Shown here one piece after another: positions 12,493 to 24,900 of a DNA stretch of 37,904 bases. The position numbers and the translations under genes were made by a program. The notes beneath the pieces are model-generated. The model searched no databases, had not been told where the DNA came from, and worked only from the letters and a program-made list of their open reading frames with translations. The stretch spans positions 1 through 37,904 of the forward strand of contig JYFJ02003767.1 of NCBI GenBank assembly GCA_000934665.2. Direction: 5' to 3'. Numbering within the stretch: position 1 is the first letter of the stretch; each line of letters starts with the position of its first letter. The stretch is from Catajapyx aquilonaris. Lineage: Eukaryota.

Positions 12493-15400
12493 CTACGCAA
12501 AATACATAGGGAAGTTTTTGGATAGGCGCTCATGGGTGGCAGTTGCAGATTCCAGGGGCCCCATGTTGTCTGCATCGTATGGCACACCGTCAGCTATGGC
12601 TCTGGAAGTAAATGCATTTTGATTTAGAACCTTCGTCAGAGGAATAATGTCACATGCAATCAGCGTGGTATTTATTTCCCTTGCTGAACTTGTAGAACTT
12701 ACTTGTTTACAAAAGTATCAAGTACAGATTGGTAGCGTACTGCAAATTTTTGAAGTCAGGAAGTGGATGCTGTTCTACACGATCATATTGACAGTTGTCC
12801 AGTGCAACTACTTCTCCAAGATAAAAGTGTACTGACCTATTTACATGCTTCTGTCTCCTACTGGCAACCTTCCTTGCAAAGTGAGTAGGGGTTGTGGTGC
12901 GCACAGTGGCAGTATTTTTCATTGCATTTTTGAAGGACTGGTGGCAACACATTTGTGTGATGTCAGAAACTGAGAGGTCGCTGTCATCCCACAAAAGGTG
13001 GTATCTGGTTGGCCTCAATTTGCCCTGTGGATGTGTGTGCAGAGCATGTTACCCAGCACTTTATATCTATCCTGCACGGTGAATTTCAGGTGAATTTTAG
13101 TAATGAAAATGGGTCAACGTAATTTTCTGATGAAGCTTTCTCATATCAGATGGATTGGACTAAGAGGCAGGGTTGAGTTCTAGTAAGGTAATGTTGAACA
13201 AGGTACTGACCCGTCTTGGATTGTAGCAGATGTTGAATCCAGTCTCCTTTGAAGGGGTAATGGTGTGATTCACTATCACCTTACGGACCATGGTTGAATC
13301 TTCATACTCATCATTTGAGCCCACAGGAGGTATGGTTTTCAACACCCCCACCACTATGAAAGTAATAGCTGGCTTGTAGTCTTGGTGAAGTGATGTGCAG
13401 GCACCACGGATGGCAAGCAACTCCGGCTGCAGCATCTTAAATTCACCATCACTTACTCCTTCCGTGAAAAAAATTATCCGACATGGCTGCTTCTTAGTGC
13501 TCCTGAAATTCAGTGTATGTAACATTTTTGTTATTGCTTCAGGAACAGGTTTTAAAACATTATTTAGGTTAGCATTATCAGTTGGGATCATCAACTGATG
13601 CAGTCTTTGGTTTACCTGAAAAACTGCAGCAGCATGTCCTGTACAACTTCCTGAAGGTCTTGAACAACTGGATCCTGACCTGGCTGCAGCCGAGGGGTCA
13701 CAGTGAAGCGAGTGGCCATCAGGTTGGTGGAGGCACAGATGCCTGCCACTGATGGGGAGGGTGAAGCCCCCTTGTCATTTTCCCCTCTGGTCACATAAGC
13801 GCCTAGAATGATGGTGGGGATCTTCGGGCCAAAAACCAACAAACCTTCCTCTCTGACAACCCAGGTGTCATCCACTGCATTGGTGGTGTTGGTTCCCTCC
13901 ATCTTACATCTGATATCGTCGCACATGCTTGACAGATAACACTGGCGATGCTGGCTGACAGTGTCCAATGTGACACACTTGGTCAACAAACCCATTTTTG
14001 TGTCACCCACATACTTGATGTTTTCAAGATTCGTTGGGTTCTTTCCATCCATAATTATCAAGACCATCTGTAGGTCACGCATCTCGGCGAGGTCATCCTT
14101 CAGTAAATTCAAACCTCTACTGTGTTTTATCATGGATGGTTCAGGTAGGTCTAGCCCAGAACCATGGCTGATCTGGCAGAGAGCATTAATGTAGTCCCTG
14201 TAAGACAAAGTGTAAAGATGCAATACTAATACGCCAACAGGCCCTTAACCTGAATATAGACATGCAATTTGCCCTATAATCACAAGGGAATAATAGAAAA
14301 GAAAGGACCTTTGATTCCTATTACTCTGGTGACATTCATAAACCATGACTCACATTATTTCCTCGTCATTGATGCTGGTCTCTGGTGCCATGATGTATAG
14401 GCCCCAGCTGTGGATTACCATTGGTTCTGCCCACTTTAGAAGATCATGTGTGTACAATACATCAACTCTTGGTGTCTCCTCATCTACATCGGCCTCATAA
14501 GATACTATCAGAGTGTTTGATAACCACTGCATTATTGTCACTCCAACACTTGTTTCTGGAAAGGCCTCATCGATTGTGAAATTAGTGGCTCCCATTCTGG
14601 CCTGACATTGGTCATAAGAGCCAAAAATGCCTGTGATGATAATGCTTGGTTCCTTCTGTTCATCCGGTGACATCTCTCCCTGCCCTCTCTTGATGTGACA
14701 TAGTTCAAGAGGGATATGTTTGGCAATTCCTTCGTGATCTGTCGTAAGGGTTGGAAGCCCTGGGTATCGGATGTGTTTCCCGTAGTGTTCATTATAGTAC
14801 ACCACCAATGACGTAGGGACTCCATCTCGTGAATACTGGCACTCAGAGGCTGGCTCAGACCCAACATCCAACACACGTCTAATGAAAACTTGATGCCGAT
14901 GTTTCCAGATAACCGATAAGCCTGAAGAGCATAAATATGTACTATTACATGCAATGATCAAAGATAATCTTGATGTAATGCTGAGGCCTTAATGCTATTA
15001 GAGTAAATAGCTGTATCAGTTGTCGGAAAAATTCAAACTGGAACTACAAAAAGTGAAATAAAATCTTTAGATGTAAAATTAAAATATGTTCCCAACCCAA
15101 AACTGAAATTGTTCAATTTCGGGCACTCTTGGGACACTCTCATTATTATTTGAATTGGGCGTTGAAACACCCCAGGAATATTTAAAGTCAACATCAAAAG
15201 CAGCAATGTGGGCAGACTACTTCTGAAAAGCAAATTACAACGTATATATAGGTTTACCTTTGATGTGTTTCTTCAGCTCCTCTCTTTGTTGATCGTTTAG
15301 CATGGTGGGTACTTCATTAAGCCCCAGCAGTTTGCACATGTAGTCCAGTGCCTTCTCAACCTTCTTCTTCTTCTCTGTCACTGCAATATGGTTATAATAA

Positions 15401-15693
15401 TATCCAAAATGTAATCAGTATTTTCCAACAATATAGAGAGTATACCAACCAAGAAGTTGCTTCCATCCTATCTGCTGGCTGAGAAAGTCATCTGGCCAAA
15501 TATCTTCCTCTTTCATCTCTTCTCCGAGGTCAGCTGGATCTTCCTCGGATGGGGATGACATGTGAGAGGGTAACACTACTCGTCGTGAGATCTTCACCAT
15601 CTCTTCACCAGCAGTGTTCTGCTGTGGAGTGATCTTTTCCATGGAGTGGTCAGCCTGCTCGGACTCTGGGAGAGCTGTAGATGACACTTCCAT
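12493..15693 (-). CDS. Divergent Argonaute-like protein, copy A (about 701 aa; 7 exons: 15693-15450, 15380-15258, 14921-14354, 14197-13616, 13502-13211, 13024-12837, 12601-12493). Short acidic N-terminus, degenerate L1, then PAZ-L2-MID-PIWI; slicer-dead
   Basis: PAZ: YYNEHYGKHIRYPGLPTL...HIPLELCHIKRGQ. MID: IKYVGDTKMGLLTKCV. PIWI: PTIILGAYVT, PSVAGICAS, STKKQPCRIIFFTEGVSDGEF, AIRGACTSLHQDYKPAITFIVV, GKLRPTRYHLLWDD. C-terminus is MYFA*. All introns are GT-AG with consistent phases (2106 nt CDS). Confidence 0.88.
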
Positions 15694-16204
15694 GTTTGCG
15701 GATGGGAGCTGTCCAGTGATCACACCCGCAGCACCATCAACCTTCAACAGTGCTGGTGAGTGTCTCTCTTGGAAAACAAAATGGCGTCGGCCACTAAATT
15801 AACGGTTTTTTTTGGACCAATCACACCCCCTCACTCTGATCTGGCCAATCCCTGGCCGTCTTATATCTCTTCGTTTCCTCAACTGGCCGCTAGAGAGTGC
15901 TGCAGTGCATTTAGTGTATAATAGTTATCAGTTTGAGCCAGTAGCTGTTTCACAAAAAAAAACAGCGACATATCAGAATAACTGTTACATCAAAAACTGT
16001 TGGCGAAAGGAGAAATCCATCAGGAATAGTAGCTATTTAAATATTTTATTCTTTAAACTGAACAAGGTATTGCGTATCTCACAAAGTCATACGCCAAAAC
16101 CATACAAATGTTTTGTAATGAGCACGTTCCTTCACTATACAGAAGACAGATTTTTCTGCAAAATTATAAACGTACGCTCATTATGAGTACGAAGATGAAA
16201 TAAA

Positions 16205-16500
16205 TTACCTGTAATTGAAGCCCTGCTCTGATTTTATTGACAGCCATGACACACATATGACAAGCAGTATGATTACAATAAAGAGGAGGGTTGAATATTT
16301 CACTGAAAAATAAAACTACCGGAAAATACCCCATCTTAGAGAGATAAAAAAAGAAGAAAATCCTTTGACCAAAAATGACATATGCGAGTAACCAGTTCCT
16401 TCCTTTTTTTAAAAAATCACTTGATAGCCCATGAAAATAATTATTTCGGTAATGCACCGTAATAAAAATTCAGGTTCATGACAGTTTGAAACTGTAAGTA
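16205..16500 (-). repeat. Orphan copy of the Argonaute-B/C 3' UTR, including AATAAA (16233-16238), with no adjacent Argonaute coding exon
   Basis: Colinear blocks shared with 17268-17585: ttttattga, ttcactgaaaaataaaact, tagcccatgaaa, tttg(g)aaactgtaag. Confidence 0.65.
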
Positions 16501-17317
16501 AATGTGTGTGAACTACACCTGTCTGTCAGTTAATTACTTGAATGTAGGGCACATATAAGCTGTCGTATATTGGGGGAGGCATGTACGGAAATCCAGAATA
16601 TGACTTACTAGCAGGATACCCGGCGTTGCTCGGGTTATGAAATACTTTTCCATAGGAGTGACTCATTGATGTGGTAGTTACCTTTGCAATAATTATGGCT
16701 ATACAATGTTGGCACATGGAGCATAATATATTATTGCTTGTGCATGAAGTCCAAGCACCAAGGTGCAGATGTCAGATTGTAAGAAAATACACGATACACC
16801 TTAAAAATCCAGCAAAAGTATGTAATGAAAAATTGAAGGTTGTGCAGTAAATGTAGAATAGCATTGAAAGACCGGCACCTCTCTTAGTCATTCTCCAACC
16901 CCAAAATGGCCAACCTGGCCAGGGTGACTGTGCCAGCAGGCAGCTATGGGGTCGCTGGAGAACTCAAGGCCCACTACCATGTCAAGGTAATCAATGAGCT
17001 TTTTTAAAAAAAATTAATGTGAATAAAATGGCTTGGTGCTAATCTGTAGTGGTGTGATGAATTAGGATGTAAGGAAGTGAGCGTGAAAGAGTGTCAGGAA
17101 GAGCAAGAGAATAGTAGACAGTGTAGTAGAGAGTGTAGTAGCCAAGGTATCATGAAGTAATGATCAGCCCAGGCGGTAATTGGCGCAGGATTCCCTACCA
17201 ACACGTTTACTGTATAAATATACCTACACATGATGAGTACAAAGGTGACGCAATATGATGGTACTGGTACCTGAAATGTGAATAATGGTTTCAGGTAGTC
17301 ATGCCTTGATAATAAGT

Positions 17318-17323
17318 TTTATT
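17318..17323 (-). terminator. Polyadenylation signal of Argonaute-like copy B
   Basis: AATAAA on the - strand about 310 nt after the stop, in the same context as copy C (atgccttgataa...ttttattga). Confidence 0.55.
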
Positions 17324-17634
17324 GAGAAACACGAAGAAAAAAAAATTGTAATTTTCATTATAAAGGCAGGTCTGATTAGTTCACTGAAAAATAAAACTTG
17401 ATACCAGTACTTGACTTGAAAATCCAATCCTACAAAAAAAAAACAGAAAAAATCCATCTGACATATACTTGCTCTTGTAACACATTCCTCACTTAAAAAA
17501 ATAAATAAATCACCAGCTAGCCCATGAAAGCAATATTTCAAGATCATAATAGAAATTGTCACCCAAAATCTTTGGAAACTGTAAGAATAATTATGTAAAA
17601 AAAATAATCAAAGGACAAGTCTTGCTGTTTCATA

Positions 17635-20600
17635 CTAAAGAAAATACATGGGGAAGTTTTTAGACAGGCGTTCATGGAGAGCTGTTGCAGATTCCAGAGG
17701 TTTCAGATCCTCTCTGTTGTAGGGCACTCCAAGAGCCATCACACTGGAAAGGACAAGTCTGAATTTAGTCCACATATAATTGCACACGGCACAACACACA
17801 GTCTAATTTTTGAATCATTTCCACAATCGATGCTGAGAGAAGGGCAGAAGGTATGAAGAAGGGAAAATATTTTTAGCATTTTACAAACACCCTGTAACTC
17901 CTCTAAAAATAAGAGCGTGGAAATTTCGCATTGTAGTGCAGCCCAGAGGCGAATATGTAAAGGGGGCGAAAATTACAGGGACGACAACTCTGGGGGCGAA
18001 AGCTCCAGGAGGCATAAAAAGTATGGGCCACGACTCCTGTTCCAACCCTTGTATGAGCACAATTCAAAAAAAAAAAAAAAATGCATGCTGAGTTTAAATT
18101 TTAAAATTGATCAGGTCTGCAAAAGAGAGTGCGGTGAGGGAATAAAAAAGGCATTTCAATTTTAATTCTAAAAGTTCAGAGATAGGGACGTTTTGGAGAT
18201 ATTACAGTATCGGAAACAGACCATCAGAATGGTAATCTCTGAAAACATGTTCACTGGGTTACACTGTAGAAACACCGTAACTCAAAAACTGGGTGAGGGT
18301 GAAAGTCATATGCATGCCCGCACTAACCCCTACTGAGTCAGGTGGGATTAGGGCCGGGTAGTTACCAAGAAAGTAAAATGTAAATAACTGACCACTTGAT
18401 GAACCGAAACCTCCTTTTGGTAGCCTTCACTGCATAGTAGTAAGGGGCAGTGTTGGCTTGCACATAACCTCCTCTTTTAGCGAAATTGTCAGGAAAGCAC
18501 AAGTGGATGCCTATTTGTACAATGTCATCCACTGAGAAGTCACTGTCGTCCCAAAGAATAAAATAATCCACTGGCTTCAATAAGCCCTGGAAGGATAAAA
18601 TCAGGAATTAGCATACCAGGTTATATCATTATCATTCTACATTGACCATGGTAGAAATGACATAGACTGACTTTCAGGGAACACATATACATTCGCATGA
18701 AGAAAGTTCATGAAACAGTGATTGTCGTGGTGTGAATGGATAAGTATTTACATTTCCTGGCCGGTAGCACACATTGAATGGAGTCGTACTTGTGGGGGTC
18801 AAAGTGCAATTCACTACTGTTCCTGAAAATCCATGGTTTATGAGCTGCGTCTCATTTTTCCTGCATTGTTGCCAGGAATGGACATCAGTGTTAGCAACCA
18901 TGCAAGTGATGGCTGGCTTGTAGTCAGGGTGGAGGGATGTGCAGGCACCGCGTACTGCTAGAAGCCAGTTGTGCAATGCATCATAGGAATGATTGCTAGT
19001 CAGTTCTTCCATCAAGATTATTACTCGGCATGGCTGCTTTGTGGTGCTCCTGAAAAGCAGTTCATTAAAATACATCTTTATTCTTCATTTAAGCACAGCT
19101 TTATTTAGGAACAGTTATTAATTTTATTATGATACTTGTTTGGTTCATGCTGGGCATCTTAAGCTTACTTAGACCATACCTGAAAAACATAAGAAGCATG
19201 TTCTTCGCAATTTCCTGAAGGTCTCTGATATTTTCTTCCCCACTAGGCTGCAGCCTAGTAGTTGTAGTGAATCTGGTGGCTATCAAGTCTGTGGAGGCGC
19301 ATACGGCTGCCACTGACGGGCAGTTTGGCGACCCCAGCATATTAATATACGCACTCAGAATGATGGTTGGCAACTCCGGGTTAAATATCACACGATCTAC
19401 AGCAAACTGGGCACCATATGACAGGTTTGTCATACTGGATCCTGCCATCATGGCACTCATATCGTCAGACAGCTGAGACAGAAACTGTGCACGCCTTGCC
19501 ATGAAATTCTTTTTGCTCACACACTTGGTCAGCACTCCCACTTTTGTGTCGGCTACAAGCTTGACAGCGGATACCATGCCCTTGACGCACATAACTACCA
19601 GCACAATTTGCAGATCACACATATTTGCCAGGTCATTCTCCAGGTTTTGGAAGAATCGTATTGTGGAAGGTTGCGGTAGTTCCAGCCCATGGCCAATGGA
19701 ACTGATTGCACGCAGCGGTGTGACAAATCTCCTGGGGAAGTTATGAAATATGAGTAGTTGATCTCTTAATAATTCATTCACAAAGTATAATTGACTCTGA
19801 CAAGTGAGTGGAAAGTAAGGATGGGTTCAATTGTGACAAGTACAAAAATGACTATTACTCACTCTATGTCACTGAGGCTGATCTCTCCCACGACATATAT
19901 ACCCCAGCTCTTCACAATCAGCTTATGGCCAGTTGACATGTCCAAGTAGTTAAGTCCACCTGCAGTCATATCAGAGCCCTGCACGCATTCAGTGGCATGC
20001 TTCGCACCTTGCTTAACAATCTGTAAGCCTGGAAAAAAATGAAATGTGCATGAACATTATGTAATGTAATGGTACACAACTATCAAAATTTTCATTGGTA
20101 AGCATAATTCTCACCTACCTGAAGTACAGGGTCATTGGTACTAAAATAAGTCCTTGTTTTGGTGTCCAACATAAAAGGAGCATCAAAAGTTAGACAAGTC
20201 AAAAGAAGTAGTAGTGTGAATGGACCTTTTAATAATTGGTACGGATTGATCGCGTTATTTGTGTTACAATCATATTCTAGTTGTAGTACCTTTTATGCAC
20301 TTCGTCAGCTGTTGCTTTTGCTGGTAATTCAGCTGCATGAAGACATCGTTAAGCCCCAGCACTTTGCACATAAAGTACTTCAGAACTGGAAGTGCCTCTT
20401 CAACCGTCTTCTCTGTCACTGCAATGGTTATATCCAAAATGTAATCAGTATTTCCCAACATGACAATAAGAGGACCAACCCTTAATAATCCCCTTCCATC
20501 CTATCTGTTGCTTCAATAAGAAGTCATCTGGCCAAATATCTTCCTCTTTGCTTTCTTCTCCTAGCTCAGCTGGGTCTTCCTTGGATTGAGATGACACGTC

Positions 20601-21248
20601 TGAGATGACATTTAGGCTCCCAGGCTCTGAACTTATCACCTGGAGCACTACTGGTGCTTCCTCTGGATTAGTCGAAGCACAGGCAATGATTTCTTGGTTG
20701 GAGGGAGTTATCGCAACCAGCTTTGTGCCACGCTGAAGGTATAACATATATTGAGATGTCAGCTGTACATCTCCCTTGCGATTAACCTTCACCTCATACT
20801 TATTGATACATAGAAAGTTATGTTGCATTTCATTTTCAAGCAAACGAATGTAATACACATGTTTTTTCTTATTTTCAGGATTAAGAAATAAAGTGTGTCA
20901 GACACTTACTTCGCTCACAGCATCATCAGACTTGGTAGCCACTTCACGCTTGTTCCTTCCAACAATAGGGAGGTCATCATCCTGGGTGCCTGTGGTGGAA
21001 TCCCCTGCTGACAATCTCGTCTGTGAGACTTTCTCTTCACCAGATTCATTTTGTGGTGGAATTATCTTTCCCATGGAGTGATCAGTGATCTCCTGTGCAT
21101 GACCTTCCTGCCCTTGCCCTTTCTCATCTCCAGCAAGGGACTGACGGAAGCCAGGATCACCTGAAGCTTTGGAGTCAACCGAGGATCCGTGTGTGTGAGA
21201 TGTCGTGGCAGGCTCAGAAGATGAGAGAGTGGGAAATATCGCACCCAT
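17635..21248 (-). CDS. Divergent Argonaute-like protein, copy B (about 679 aa; 8 exons: 21248-20910, 20732-20480, 20418-20290, 20028-19863, 19731-19180, 19049-18752, 18586-18393, 17743-17635). PAZ core deleted in frame; MID-PIWI retained; slicer-dead
   Basis: Motifs VKLVADTKVGVLTKCV, PTIILSAYIN, PSVAAVCAS, AVRGACTSLHPDYKPAIT, LKPVDYFILWDDSDFS, APYYYA; C-terminus MYFL*. Exon 4 is 166 nt versus 577 nt in copy C. All splice sites are canonical and the frame is intact (2040 nt). Confidence 0.85.
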
Positions 21249-21818
21249 TTTGGACGGACGGTCCGCACCAAAAGGGATGGCCTTGAAGCGATGATGGCTG
21301 GATTTCACTGCTCTTTCCAATCCCTGCTGTAGTAGTCTCCATGTGCTTGGGCACCTCTATCTAACCTAACCAAGGTTGCCAGTAACCAGCCTAATTCCCC
21401 CCACCAGCCACCAGAGGATGCATCCAGGGGTTTAAAATAATATCAGTTAGTATCATAAGTTATATAGTTTGAGATATTAGTTATTTGCTGGACTTAGCAG
21501 CCTTAAAATAACTGTTAGACATTTTTTTTTAACATACAGTACATTACCTGCACAGAGATTTGCATCGATCTAGCCTGTCATCTGCACCTGTAATTGTCAT
21601 TATTGCTTTCGTTAAAGTGTATCACCTTACGTCAAAGGTTACCTTCAAATTACATCGGTACAATAATTTAACTCTGCACAAACGTAACGCTGGCAACAAA
21701 ATGTCAATGTGTAGGATTCACTACAGAAGGTTTGACTGCATGAGTAATGTACACACACACACAATTACCTGAAATGTGAAAATGATTTAAAAGCGTTATG
21801 CCTTGATAACAATCAGGT

Positions 21819-21824
21819 TTTATT
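21819..21824 (-). terminator. Polyadenylation signal of Argonaute-like copy C
   Basis: AATAAA on the - strand about 155 nt after the stop, homologous to the copy B signal. Confidence 0.5.
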
Positions 21825-21979
21825 GACACACAAAATAAGAAGTAAAAAGAGTTGTTTTCCAATTACAAAAAGGAGGGCTGATTATTTCACTACTATGGTA
21901 ATACAAATGATCATTTTAAACTAAGAGAATTAAAAAATAATAATTCAAACCACAAGTGCAAAAGTTTTGCTATTTCCTC

Positions 21980-24900
21980 CTACATAAAATACTTGGGGAA
22001 GTTTGTGGACAGACGCTCATGGATAGCTGTTGCAGATTCCAGAAGTTTTAGATCCTCTTTGTTGTAGGACACTCCAAGTTCCATGGCGCTGGAAAGTAGG
22101 AGTCTCAATTTACAACACGTAATTGCACAGGTATTAACAGAGAGTGTGATTTTCGCATTGCCACAGTTGATGCTGAAGTAAATATTTTTCTACGTAATTG
22201 TCTTTAGTGGAACTAACTCACACTACTACCTACAGGGAAATAATGGGGCACTGGCATGTTTTCACGATTCTAAAAAGGTTCAATTCAATTTTTCAAAGTT
22301 ATGGTATGTGTTTAGAGATACTCTTTTCTTCCGGAGGTGGAGAAAGGTCATTCACAAGCACTGTGACTATCCTAAATCTTTGAAACCCCTAAGGTGGTGT
22401 ACATAACAGACCAGTTTACGAGCCGCTGCCTCCTCTTGGCAGCCATCGATGCATAGTAGTAAGGGGCAGTGTTGGCGGGCATATTACTGGATCCTCTTCT
22501 AGCAGAATCCACAGAAAAGCACAAGTGACTGGCTATTTGTACGATGTCATCCACTGAGAAGTTACTGTCGTCCCAGGGGAGAAAATACTTCACTGGTTTC
22601 AATAGGCCCTGGAAGAGGAAAATCAGGAATTATTATTTTATCATTGTGATCTTACATGGTAGGAATGACATAGAATCACTTTCCGGTCACTTGGTTTTTC
22701 TCTGTGCCCATCCAGTAACTTAATGCATATTCTACCAACTCCCAAGGTGTGGGCTGGAATGCGATTAGGGTGAGGGGATGGTTATACAAGTCGGCAGGTT
22801 GGGAAAAGGTTGCAATGAAAAAAAGCTGTAAGTAAATGAATAAGTACTTAACTTTCCTGGTTGGTAGGGTAGATTGAATGGTGTCTTCTTTGCAGGGGTC
22901 ACACCGTGATTCACTACTGTTCCTGATAATCCGTAGGTTGTAAGACTGACCTCATTTTTCCAGAACTGTCGCCAGGAATGGACATCAGTGTTGACAACAA
23001 TGAAAGTGATGGCTGGCTTGTAGTCAGGGTGGAGGGATGTGCAGGCACCACGTATTGCTAGAAGCCAGTCGTGCAATACGTCATGGGACTCATTGTCAGA
23101 CAGTTCTTCCATCAAGAATATGATTCGGCATGGCTGCTTCTTAGTGCTCCTGAAAAGTGGTTATCATTACATCACCTATTCTTTATGGGAGCAGTCACCA
23201 AACTCAGGACAATGTTTGCAAAGTCTTATTTAGACCATACCTGAAAAACATTTGAAGCATGCCCTTCACCATTTCCTGAAAAGCTCTGCTGACATGTTCT
23301 TCTCCAATAGGTAGTAGCCGAGTGGTTGTGTTGAAGTTGGTGGCCATCAAGTCTGTGGAGGCGCATACTGCTGCCACTGATGGGACGGCTAGCGACTCCT
23401 TGGCGAGCTCCTTGGTCACATGTGCACTCAGGATGATGGTTGGCATTTCCGAGGTAAATATCACATGCTCTACAGCAACCTGGGTGCCATACCCCAGATG
23501 TGTGACACTGCTGGAGCCTTCCATCATGGCATTAATATTGTCGGACAGCTGAGACAGAAACTCTGCACTCCTTGCCATGAATTTATCTTGCGTGATGCAC
23601 TTGGTCAGCACTCCCACTATTGTGTCAGCTACAAACTTGACACGGGGAAGCAAGACCTTGTCAGACAGAACTACCACCACCAACTGGAGGTCACGCATCT
23701 CTGATAGGTCCTCCTGCAGGAGGAGTACATCTTGGGAAATTTTTATTATGGAAGGCAGGGGCAGTTCCAATCCATGGCCAATAGAACTGATTGCACGGAA
23801 CTGCTTCACAAATCCCCTGGGGAAGTAATGAAATATTAACAGACCTTTTAATGATCACTTATAAGTTAGTGGAAAGGAAGGGTTGGTTCAATCTTGACAA
23901 GTAGTACAGAAAGGACCCATAACTCACTCTATGGCACCATTGGTAAGCTCTGCGATGACATATATACCCCAGCTCTTGAGAATCGTCTTACGGTCTGCCA
24001 GCACATAATTATTGATTCCCCTTTCAGTCATCTCACCATCTTCCTCATGTGCCCCGCTTGTCTGTCCTCCCTGGGTCTTTGGTGCCATCTCCTGTGCCTG
24101 TTCGTCACAGCCAGCACATGCATTTTGCAACGTGACCTGCTGGCAGGCCTTATCAACCTCCATTAAGTCCATGGGTCTGTCTGGATTCTGCTTCTGACAG
24201 TGGTTGGCTTCCAATGTCCCTCTGCTTGGGGTCTCATCCTTGGTCACCCTCTTTATTATTTGCCCTTCTTTTATCCAACCAATTTCCATGGGGATTCGTT
24301 TCATGTAATGTACTACCCCACATTCCAGAATAGGGAGCCCTGGATAGCGGAGATAGGTCTCATAGCGTTGAGCAAAGTAATCTGCCACTGTAATTTGCCT
24401 GACTCCTTTCCAAAAAAATTCAGACTCAGAAGCTGACTTGGATCCAACATCCTCCACGCGTTCAGTGGTAAGCACATGACCACGTTTATATTCAATCTGT
24501 AATCCTGGAAATAATGACATGTGTATGAGCATTATTGTATACATAGTAACTATATGTAACCATCGAAATTAGATTTGTGCACTATTATCTTCTTTGTTGC
24601 ACAATAAATCACAACGTAGAGCTCTGTACCTTTTATGTACTTCATCAGCTGTTCCCTTTGCAAGTCGTCCAGCATGGTGGGTACTTCAGTAAGCCCCAGC
24701 ACTTTGCAAAGAAAGTCCAGAACTGGAAGTCCCTTCTCAACCTTCATCTCTGTCACTGCAATGGTTATATCCAAATTGTAATCATTATTTCCCAACATGA
24801 CAGTAAGAGGAACCAACCCTTGATGCTCTTCCATTCTATCTGCTGGCTGAGAAAGTCATTTGGCCAAATATCCACCTCTTTCCTCTCTTCTCCTAGGTCA

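Noticed and set aside
22089..22172. Upstream acceptor at 22173 giving a longer Cys-rich last exon in copy C
   Set aside because: The equivalent extension in B hits a stop. The ttccag acceptor gives a 109-nt last exon in all three copies.
24756..24834. Apparent frameshift between ORFs 24765..25109 and 24550..24834 (same pattern in A and B)
   Set aside because: It is explained by a conserved phase-1 intron of about 60-70 nt (G|GTTGGT...TTGCAG) in all three copies.
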